Assembly: GCA_028826165.1 (NCBI GenBank)
Contig: JAPDFW010000011.1
Location: 248,001-312,000, forward strand
Length of the DNA: 64,000 bases
From: Anaeramoeba ignava BMAN
Lineage: Eukaryota; Protista; Anaeramoebae
Direction of reading: 5' to 3'
A model generated the notes under the pieces. The model was not told the DNA's origin. It made no database searches and saw nothing but the letters and a program-made list of their open reading frames with translations. Of the stretch, positions 1-10,800 are shown piece by piece. The translations under genes and the position numbers were made by a program. Numbering within the stretch: position 1 is the first letter of the stretch; every line of letters starts with the position of its first letter.

Positions 1-105
1 GATTTTGACAAATTTTAAGAAAATGAAAAACTCAAAAACTTTCCTTAATTTTTTTGAATTCATTTTTTTTCATTTTTTTTTCATTTTTTTTCTTTTAAAT
101 AAAAA

Positions 106-2596
106 ATGATTTTAATTCTAATTATTGCATCAATTATTTTTATTATATTTGGAGTGATTGTTTTAATGTAAATTAATAATAAAATTTAATTTAAAAAATT
201 AAATGATAAAATTTAAAAAAAAAATTTTTTTAAAAAAATTAAAAATAAAAAGCACTTTTTCAAAAATGAAAAACAAAATTAAAACAACAAATAATGAAAT
301 GATTAAATTAAAAGAAAATTATGATAAATTAAGTTTGGAAAAAGAAAAAGCAGAAAAACAACTTGAAAATTTTTCACAAAATATTTCTCAAGTTAATAAT
401 TTAGAATCAAATGAATTTCAAAAACAAATTGAACAACTTCAAACAAAAACTCAAAAACTCAAAACCAAAAAAAATGGTTTACAACAAAAATTATCTGAAA
501 AATACCAAGAATTAAGTCAAGAAAATGAAAAAAATCATGGATTACTTCAATCAATTGAAGAAATGAAAGAAAATCAATTAAAAGAAACAGATTCAATTAA
601 ATCAAAGTTTGAAGAAAAAATTCAAAATCTTCAATTTAGTCTTTCAAACTCTCAAAAATTACTTGATCAAAACAAAGAAAATGAAGATAAATCTTCCAAT
701 TATCAAACTAGAATTGAAGAATTGGAAATAGAAAAGGAACAATTACAACTAAAAATAACCAAAACAAAAAATAAAAGAAATGATTTAAAGCAAGAATACC
801 AAAATCTTGATCAACAAAAAAAGCAAATTGAAAATGAATACAATGAAAAATTAACAGATTCACAACAAAAAATACATTTAAAAGAAAGTGAATTAGGGAA
901 AATAACGGAAGAATTGGATAATAAAAAAGAAGAAATATCAAATATTCAAATTCAATTTGAAGAATATAAAAAGGATAGTGAAATTTTGGAAGATAAAATC
1001 AAGGACAAAGATGTTGAAATAATGAAATTGAAAAAGGAAGTTGAAGAAAAAGAAGAATTGGAACAAGAACTTAAAGATTTGAAGGAAAAAATGATTCAAG
1101 TCAAAGAAAAAAAATCGAATGTTAAAAAGGCATTTCAAGCTTTTCAACATCAATCAAAAATGATGGTTATGAAACTACTTTATTAAAAACAAGAAATTGA
1201 AAGTTTAAAAGAGTAAATTATCAACAAAAGATTTAGAGATGCAAAGACTTAAAGAAGAAGAAAAAAAAAGAACAAATGAAAATTTAATTAATTTGAAGCA
1301 ATCACAAATGGAAAGTAATTTATCTAAAGAAAATGTTAACAGATTGCAACAAAATATTACAGAAAAAGAAGATATTATTCAAAATAATAAAGAAGAGATT
1401 CGCAAACTTTATGAATCTAATAATTTACTTCAAAATCAAAATCAAAAATTCAAAGAAAAGGAAATTCAACTTCAATCTGAATTGGATTCATTAAAGCAAG
1501 AAATTCAACATGAAAAGAATACAAAAGAATTCTTGCAACAATCAATATTAGAATCTGATAAATCAACAGAACAAAATGCACTTTTTGAAGATGAAACATC
1601 ATTTCAAAGAAGTGAAAATTATGAAGAAAATAATTCGTTATCTAATCCTCAAAAAGAAGAAATACAAGAAGAAATACAAGAAGAATATGATCCATTATCC
1701 CAAACAAAACCAAAAGAGAAAAAACAGAAATCACCAAGAAAGAAAGATAATTTAATTAAAGAAACAAAACCAAAAGATAAAACAAAAGATAAAACAAAAG
1801 ATAAAACAAAAGATAAAACAAAAGAAGAAAATCCATTAATTGATGAAACAAAACCAAAAGAAAATGAAGACTTATTTGCAGAAACAAAACCAAAAGATAA
1901 AAAAGATAAATCACCAAAAAAGAAAGATAATTTAATTAATGAAAATCCATTAATTGAAGATTCAAAACCAAAAGAAAATGAAGATTTATTTGGAGAAACA
2001 AAACCAAAAGATAAAAAAGGTTTTTCATTTCCAAAACCAAAAGATAAAAAAGATAAATCACCAAAAAAGAAAGATAATTTAATTGATGAAAATCCATTAA
2101 TTGAAGATTCAAAATCAAAAGAAAATGAAGATTTATTTGGAGAAACAAAACCAAAAGAGAAAAAACAGAAATCACCAAAAAAGAAAGATAATTTAATTAA
2201 AGAAAATCCATTATTTGAAGATACAAAACCAAAACAAGATGTTTCATTTCCAAAACCAAAAGATAAAACAAAAGATGAAAATTCATTATTTGGAGAAACA
2301 AAATCAAAACAAGATAAAAAACTATTGGATAATGTTTTTCAAAATTTTTCAAAAACTACAACTCAAACTCAAAAATCTTTTTTTCAAACTGATAATTTAT
2401 TTCTTGTAAAGATTAAATATTTAATTTAATAATAAGGAAAAATTTATTCAAATAATTTATAAATATTTTTTATTAGGATGAAGACGATGACGATGATGAT
2501 GATGATATTTTTAGTTCTAAACCAAAAAAACAACAAACTAAACAAGATGATATTTTTAGTACATTGTCCAAAATTGAGAATCTTAAAAAAAATTAA
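106..2596 (+). CDS. N-terminally membrane-anchored long coiled-coil protein with C-terminal acidic DLF/NPLF repeats. Exons ~106-167, 253-2405 (frameshifted near 1150-1240), 2477-2596
   Basis: ATG at 106 gives hydrophobic MILILIIASIIFIIFGVIVL. A GT(168)..AG(252) intron joins it in frame to ORF 203..1186. ORF 1239..2429 continues the heptad coiled coil and KP-rich repeats. A GT(2406)..AG(2476) intron adds DEDDDDDDDIFSSKP...TAA at 2596. Confidence 0.7.
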
Positions 2597-3115
2597 TTCA
2601 ATTCAGTTTCAATTCAATTCCATTCTATTTAATCCAATTCAATATTCAATTCAATTCAATTTAATTCAATTCAATTCAATTTAATTTCAATTTAATTTCA
2701 ATTTAATTCAATTCCATTCTATTTAATTCAATTTAATATTTAATTCAATTTAATTCAATATTCAATTTAATTTAATTTAATTCAATATTCAATTCAATTT
2801 TAATTTAATATTTAATATTCAATTCAATTTAATATTTAATTTAATATTTAATTTAATATTTAATTTAATTCAATTTAATATTTAATTCATTTTAATTTAA
2901 TTCAATTCAATATTTAATTCATTTCAATTCAATTCAATTCAATTTAATTTAATTCAATTCCATTCTATTTAATTCAATTTAATATTTAATTCATTTTAAT
3001 TTAATATTCAAATCAAATCAATTTTAATTCAATTTAATTCAATATTTAATTCAATATTTAATTCAATTCAATTCAAATTCAATTCAATTCAATTTAATTC
3101 AATTCAATTTTTAAT
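2597..3115. repeat. Degenerate AATTC/AATTT microsatellite (intergenic)
   Basis: Imperfect tandem (aattc)n/(aattt)n pentamers. Confidence 0.85.
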
Positions 3116-3173
3116 AAATTCGAAAAAATCATTTTTTTCATTTTTCATTTGTTTCATTTTCAAAAAAAAAATA

Positions 3174-3830
3174 ATGCAAAGATTTTTTATTGTTTGTGGA
3201 GAACAAAACGCAAAAAAAACACACCAAATTCAAATTATATTCAATTTAATTAAAAATAAATTCAAATCAATTAATATTGGTGGATTTATACAAAAAAGAA
3301 TTTATGATTCAAAAAATAATTTCCAAGGATATGATTTATTACTTCTTCCAGAAATCAAAATATATCCTTTTGCAAGAATTAAACCAACTGAATTAAATAA
3401 AGAAATAACAAAAGAAATGAAACTCAAAAGAGATCCAAGAGAAAGATTTGATTTTGATAATTCTGTATTTAAAATTGTTGAAAATCAATTAAAAAAATTA
3501 TCTGGAAAAACAAACATTTGGATATTTGATGAACTTAGTAAACTTGAAGCACAAGGAAATGGTCATATTAATCCAATTAAATCACTTTGGGAAAAAGAAA
3601 AAAATTCAAATTCTTTGTTTTTATTTTCAATGAGAGATTTTCTTGTTCCAAAAATTATTCCATCAATTTTATCATCTGAAAAAGAAAATGATTCAATTCA
3701 AAACTTTGACAATTTAACAAAGAAATATAAAATTGAGAAACTTCAATTACCAACTGATTCACAAACTATTGAGAACTTCCAAATTTCTATTATAAATTCA
3801 TTATCCAAAAATTTAAATTTTAAAATTTGA
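3174..3830 (+). CDS. THEP1/NTPase_1-like P-loop NTPase, intronless
   Basis: hhhhG P-loop region FIVCGEQNAKKT, GGFIQKRI..GYDL strand pair, FDFD, Walker B IWIFDELSKLE.GNG. These match the NTPase_1/DUF2478 family. Confidence 0.7.
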   Translation: MQRFFIVCGEQNAKKTHQIQIIFNLIKNKFKSINIGGFIQKRIYDSKNNFQGYDLLLLPEIKIYPFARIKPTELNKEITKEMKLKRDPRERFDFDNSVFKIVENQLKKLSGKTNIWIFDELSKLEAQGNGHINPIKSLWEKEKNSNSLFLFSMRDFLVPKIIPSILSSEKENDSIQNFDNLTKKYKIEKLQLPTDSQTIENFQISIINSLSKNLNFKI

Positions 3831-3916
3831 TTTAAAATTTAAAATTTGATTTAAAATTTAAAGAAATAAAAATTCAATTTAACAATTTATTTTTAATTTA
3901 TTCATTTATAGAAAAT

Positions 3917-4922
3917 TTAGAATTTAAAATCTAAATTGTTGTTATACAAATTAAATAAATTTCGACATTCTTCTAATTGTTTAATTGAATAACCAGTTAC
4001 AAAAATAATTAAATCATCATCTGGAAAATATATTGATAAAATAGAAGCTGCAATTTCACTTGGGAAAAAATTAACAGAAATTGGATTTTTTATTACAATT
4101 TTAATCAATTTAATCATTTTTGTATAAATATCATCATCTTGAACAATAAATTGATTTTTTTCATTTTGAAAAATAAATATTTCCTTCTTTTCTTTATTTA
4201 CTTGAAGAAAAATTTGAAACTCTTGATAGAAAATATTCTAAAAAACTATTTACTGTTGTTGGAATAAAAGAATCTATTATTTTGATTAATTCAACTTCTA
4301 AATTACTAATTTGATTATAACTTTTTGATTTTTTATGATATTTTGGAAAAAACATTTGAAAACAAGAAATTGAAGGAACTTCTTCTTCATAAACTTTCCC
4401 AGCAATAGAAACACATGCTATTATTGCAAAATCACTTTGATTTTTTAAAGTTAAAGGTAAAGATGAAATCATTTTATCAAGATAATAAACAGCAAAAAAA
4501 AAAGTTTCATTTTGAAAATTTAATTTTGAACAAATTGTATCAATTTTTTGAATTGCTTTAATTCTAAATGAAAAATCAATAATTTCTTCTTCTTTTTCTT
4601 CTTTATTTTGTGATTTTGAAAAAATGGTTAAATTTTGGAAAATTTTTTGTTCTTTTTCAAACATTTTTTGTAATTGAATTGTTTGAAGTGTTTGAATTGA
4701 TATTTTAATTGGTGATTTTTCGTTTAAATCATTTTTAGAAATGAAAGAACATAAAAATTTATTTGGTATTAATTTTCTTTTTATTTGTATTTCTTTTGAT
4801 TTATTATTTGAATTAATTAATTGATTAATTTTTTCAATATTTTTTTCTTTTGATTGATTTGGAAAAAATGGATTTATATTATATTTAATTATATTTTTTT
4901 TAACAAATTTTGGAAAAATCAT
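3917..4922 (-). CDS. Cyclin (cyclin-box protein), split by a probable frameshift near 4195
   Basis: RIKAIQKIDTICSKLNFQNETFFFAVYYLDK, AIIACVSIAGKVYEEEVP and LEVELIK form the cyclin N box. The second ORF, FFPSEIAASIL, matches the cyclin C box. Confidence 0.85.
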
Positions 4923-5259
4923 TTAAAAAAAAAATGAAAAAAAATGAAAAATAAAAAAATGGAAAAAAAATTAAAAAATTTTTTAATTAAAAAATTAAAC
5001 TTAAAATAATAGATTTTTGAATAATAATTAATTTTAAAATGAATAATTTGAAATAAAAATGAAAAATTTTCTTGTTTTTTTTTTTTTGATCTTTATTTAA
5101 ATTTTTTTTTTTCAATTAATAAAAAGAAATTCATTTTTTTCTTTTGCTTTTACTTTTCATTTCTTTTAATTTTTTACTTTGTTTTTCTTGTTCTCTTTTT
5201 ATTTTGCTTTTTTGCTATATCAAAAATAAAGTGATCAAATAATTAAAAAACCAAAACAA

Positions 5260-7713
5260 ATGGGAATCAAACATTCTATTTCAACAGTTATTTCTTCAAG
5301 AAAGAAAAAATCTTTTTTAAAACTTCTTGGATTTTCAATTGAATCTATAATTTTAGTTAATAATTCAGATAAAATATTATATGCAAATTCAGTTGCTGAA
5401 AATTTCTTTTGTGATTCAACAAAAAAATCTTTAACACATTTTAAATTTTCAGAAATTAGTAATCAAAATCAATTCCAAATGAATAAATCTTTTCAAGAAG
5501 CTCAAATTGAAATTATTGATAAAATTATTAAGTAAAAAAAACTCAAAAAAACACAAAAGAAAATTTTTTTTTTTAAATCTAAACAAAAAACAAAAACAAA
5601 AAATCTAAACAAAAAACAAAAAAAATAGAGCAAATGATCAAGCTTATGATTTTGATTGGGTTATGAAAACAATATCTGGAAAAGAATTACTTGTTCATAT
5701 TTGGGTAAAACAATTTCATTTTATAAATATTCATTTAAATATAATATTGATTTAAATATTGATTTAAATATTTGATTTAAATATTTATATAAATATTGAT
5801 TTAAATATTGATATAAATATTGATTTAAATATTGATTTAAATATTGATTTAAATATTTATTTAAATATTGATTTAAATATTGATTTAAATATTTGATTTA
5901 AATATTTGATTTAAATATTGATTTAAATATTTATTTAAATATTGATTTAAATATTTGATTTAAATATTGATTTAAATATTGATTTAAATATTTATATTTG
6001 ATTTAAATATTGATTTAAATATTTGATTTAAATATAATATTGATTTAAATATTGATTTAAATATAATATTGATTTAAATATTGATTTTAAATATTGATTT
6101 AAATATATTTATTTAAATATTTGATATAAATATTGATTTTAAATATTGATTTAAAATATTTGATTTAAATATTTGATTTAAATATTAGATTTAAATATTG
6201 ATTTAAATATATTTATTTGATTTAAATTTTTATATAAATATTGATTTAAATATTGATTTAAATATTTGATTTAAATATTTGATTTAAATATTTGATTTAA
6301 AATATTGATTTAAATATTTATATTTGATTTAAATATTGATTTAAATATTTGATTTAAATATTGATTTAAATATTGATATAAATATTGATTTAAATATTGA
6401 TTTAAATATTGATATAAATATTGATTTAAATATATTGATTTTAAATATTGATTTAAATATTTGATTTAAATATTTGATTTAAATATTTGATTTAAATATT
6501 TGATTTAAATATTTGATTTAAATATTTGATTTAAATATTTGATTTAAATATTTGATTTAAATATTTGATTTAAATATTTGATTTAAATATTTGATTTAAA
6601 TATTTGATTTAAATATTTGATTTAAATATTTGATTTAAATATTTGATTTAAATATTTTGATTTAAATATTTGATTTAAATATTTGATTTAAATATTTGAT
6701 TTAAATATTTGATTTAAATATTGATTTAAATATTTGATTTAAATATTGATTTAAATATTTGATATAAATATTGATTTAAATATTCATTTAAATATTGATT
6801 TAAATATTTGATTTAAATATTTGATTTAAATATTGATTTAAATATTTGATATAAATATTTGATTTAAATATTTGTTTTAAATATTGATTTAAATATTGAT
6901 TTAAATATTTATTTAAATATTGATTTAAATATTGATTTAAATATTTGATTTAAATATTTGATTTAAATATTGATTTAAATATTGTTTTAAATATTTATTT
7001 GTTTCATTTAAATTTATTTATGAATTTAGGCAACTCTAATTGATTTTGGTGGAGAAATTTGTGTTCAACAAATAATTCGAAAAACTCCAAATTTTAAAAA
7101 AGCAGAAACTTCACAAAAATCAGAAACCTCACAAGAAAAAAATTCAGAATCAAATTTAGATTCAAATTCAGAAAAAAGTGGAATAATATCAAAAAACAAT
7201 TCATTTAATCAAATTGATGTTTCAAATCTTTCATCAACAGATAAAACATCAACAAGTTCTCAAGTAACTCCACGAATAAACACAAGAAATCCAACATTTT
7301 TATCAGTTGAAGATCAAGAATTTGAAGAAGATCTTGAAAATAAAATTGATACAACCAAAATGAAAATAAGAAGTTTTGATGATCCTGAAATTGAACTTAA
7401 AATTGTTGATGCTTTGAATTCAATCCAAAAACTATCTTTAGAATGGATTTCTTCTAAAAATTTATTTTTACAAGACATTTCAGATCGAATCCAATCAGAA
7501 CGTCAAAAGTTTCGTCAAAAATATAATCAACTTGAATCTCAATTACAAAGAAGACTTGGTGGATTTGAAGCTGAAAAAGAAGTTAAAAATTCTGTTGTGA
7601 AAAAAAATGAAAAACTTAAAAAACAACTTGATTCAATTAGTGAAATTATTAAAGAACAATCTCCAATTACACAAAAACTTTATCAAGAAGTTAAAAATTT
7701 GGAAACAAATTAA
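5260..7713 (+). CDS. PAS-domain protein with predicted N-myristoylation (MGIKHS) and C-terminal coiled coil. Exons 5260-5531, 5629-5704, 7030-7713
   Basis: ESIILVNNSDKILYANSVAENFF matches the PAS N-terminus, and FDWVMKTISGKELLVHIW|ATLI..VQQIIRK the PAS C-terminal strands. GT-AG introns at 5532-5628 and 5705-7029 join in frame. Confidence 0.75.
5735..7000. repeat. Intronic 12-13 bp minisatellite (AT(T)TGATTTAAAT)n
   Basis: Roughly 100 tandem copies of tattgatttaaa/tatttgatttaaa fill the 5705-7029 intron. Confidence 0.95.
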
Positions 7714-7853
7714 AATCAAGAAAAAAAAAAGTGGAACAAAAAAAAATATTTTTTTTTCTCAATTTCTTTTTTTAATTTTATGAAGAAATAAAAATAGGAA
7801 TCAAAAATCAAAAATCAATTTTTAAATTTTAAATTTAAATTTTTGTATTAACT

Positions 7854-10800
7854 TTAACTGTTTGAACTTTTTAATAATTTCTTTTTGCTTGTTTTAATAA
7901 TATAAGAGTTCTTTTCAATTTTTCTTCGATCTTTAATAGCAGGATCTTCATTCAAAAGTTCATCCATTAATTCTTCATCATAAATACGTGCCATCAATTC
8001 ACCTTCAAGAATAGATTTTAAAGGATTAACAAGTGAATACATGACAGTTTTTGGAACACTATCAAAAATGGATATTTTAACTGTTCTAAAATAAGATATA
8101 ACAACCTCTCTAACTAACCAAATATCTCGATTTGCTTGATTTTTTTCATGGAAAATTCCTTGTGCATTTCTTTTTAAACTTGAACACCAAGTTTTCAATG
8201 CTACTTCATTTTCTGCTAATAATTCCATAAATTCTCCTCCATCAACTGTATTTATTGGATGTCTTATTCTGAAATATGTTTTCAAGTTTTGTTCTGGTAT
8301 TGGATAATTTTTTGATTTACTAAAAATTGATTTTCTTCTTTTCGGTTGATCTGTTGGACCTTCTGGAAAATCTATTAATTTCTCTAAATTGGTTAATTTT
8401 CCAAAATGTCATGTTTGTGAATATTTTTTGTTTTATCAATTTTTTATATGCTTTTTGATTTAAATTTACTTGAAACCTCAGGATCATCTTTCTTTTCTTC
8501 AAGCTCTTTTTTTATTTTCTCAATATCATCAACTGTTTCAATAATGCATCCTTCCAAAGGAACAACTCCCAAAGCTGTTGGCTCTTTTGGACCAGAATAA
8601 TAAAACAAGGTTTTAGCCTTCAAAACAAACCAACGTCTTTGCCACTTCTTAGTTTTACTTCTTCTTTTTTCAAGCCATCCTTCCAAAATATCACTTTTTT
8701 TATCTTCAGTAAATCTTCTAATATGCAAAGTTGGATTTTCAAAATTAATATAAGCAAGTTCCATTCGAATAACTTGTTCTATAAGTTCCAATGTTGGTTT
8801 TGTTAATCTTTTTATTAATGCAATAGAAATTTCTAAGATTCTTGTTCGAAGCATTGGGAAATTTTCAAAATATTGAATCTTATTTGTTGTATCTGTAATA
8901 ATTCCTATCAACTCTTTTTCAACATCCATAATACATTTCTTGCATGGTTCAAATAATCTAAGAAGTCCAACTCTAATTGCCCAATGAAATGCTTTTTCAG
9001 GAATTCCCATTCTTGATATTGCTCCTTCTGAGTTTTGTATATATTTCGAAATTGCTAAATTAATTTTATCCAAAAAAAATTTTAACATAAATATATTTTT
9101 TTACATGAAAGAATATTTATTTTTACTTTCTTCATCTAAATCATCTTCAAGTCTTAAATCTTCAATATTATCATGTAAAGCTGTTGTATAATGATATTTA
9201 ATTTTAGCTCCTCCAAGTAATCTTTCTGAAAATTTTGAAACAACTGATCCATCAACATCTGAACTTGTTCCATCAATTAAATTTTTAAATTCTTGTGCAA
9301 ATCCTGATAAAGATCTAAATGCAATCTTTTTTTTTATTTTTATTTTTATTTTTATATTTATTTTCTTATTAAATTTAAATTATTATTAACCTGTTTTCTT
9401 TGAATTTCTCCTTCAGTTTCTCCAATTTTTTCTAATTCACTTTCTGTTTTTGATAAATTTTCATCAACACTTTTTGAAATTTCAGGAAGAGAATTTTGAA
9501 TATGTTGAATTAATTTCTATTAAAATATAAAATATCAACAATTAAAATATAAATATTTTTTATAAATAAATATTATTTAAAATATAAAATATTCTTTATA
9601 AATAAATATTATTTAAAATATAAAATATTCTTTATAAATAAATATTAATATTATTTAAAATATAAAATATTTTTTATAAATAAATATCAATATTATTTAA
9701 AATATAAAATATTCTTTATAAATAAATATCAACATTATTTAAAATATTTATAAAATATTTTTTATAAATAAATATCAATATTATTTAAAATATAAAATAT
9801 TTTTATAAATAAATATCAATATTATTTAAAATATTAAATATTTTTATAAATAAATATCAACATTATTTAAAATATAAATATCAATATTTTTAAAATATTC
9901 TTTATAAATAAATATCAACATTATTTAAAAATATAAAATATTTTTATAAATAAATATCAATATTATTTAAAAATATAAAATATTTTTATAAATAAATATC
10001 AATATTATTTAAAATATAAAATATTTTTATAAATAAATATTATTTAAAATATAAAATATTATTTATAAATAAATATCAACATTAAAATATTCTTTATAAA
10101 TAAATATCAACATTATTTAAAATATTAAAAATTTTTTATAAATAAAATCAAAATATTAAAATATTTAAAATATCAATAATATTTTAAAATATAAAAGTTT
10201 AAATAAATATCAATATTATTTAAAATAAGTACATAAATGAATATTAATATTATTTAAAAATATATAAAATATTTTTTATAAATAAATATCAATATTATTT
10301 AAAATATAAAATATTCTTTATAAATAAATATTATTTAAAATATTATTTTATTAAAAAAATATTTTAAAATATAAAAATATTTTTATAAAATAAATATTTT
10401 TTTAAAATATTATTTATAAAAAATATAAACATTATTTTAAAATATAAAATATTCTTTATAAATAAATATCAACAATATTTAAAATATAAAATATTCTTTA
10501 TAAATAAATAAAATATTATTTAAAATATATAAAATATTCTTTATAAATAAATATCAACAATATTTAAAATATAAAAATATTTTTTAAAAAATATAAAAAA
10601 TATTTAAAATTAAAATATTTTTATAAAATAAATATCAACATTATTTAAAATATTAAAATATTTTTATAAATAAATATCAATATTATTTAAAATATAAAAT
10701 ATTTTTATAAATAAATATCAATATTATTTAAAATATTTATAAAAAATATCAACATTTTTAAAATATTAAATATTTTTATAAATAAAATATCAACATTATT

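Noticed and set aside
1140-1240. Alternative genetic code or programmed frameshifting to explain broken ORFs
   Set aside because: The breaks are frame changes in homopolymer or repeat tracts rather than in-frame stops. TAA and TGA terminate genes normally, and paralogue B is intact where A and C are broken. Consensus error is the simplest explanation.
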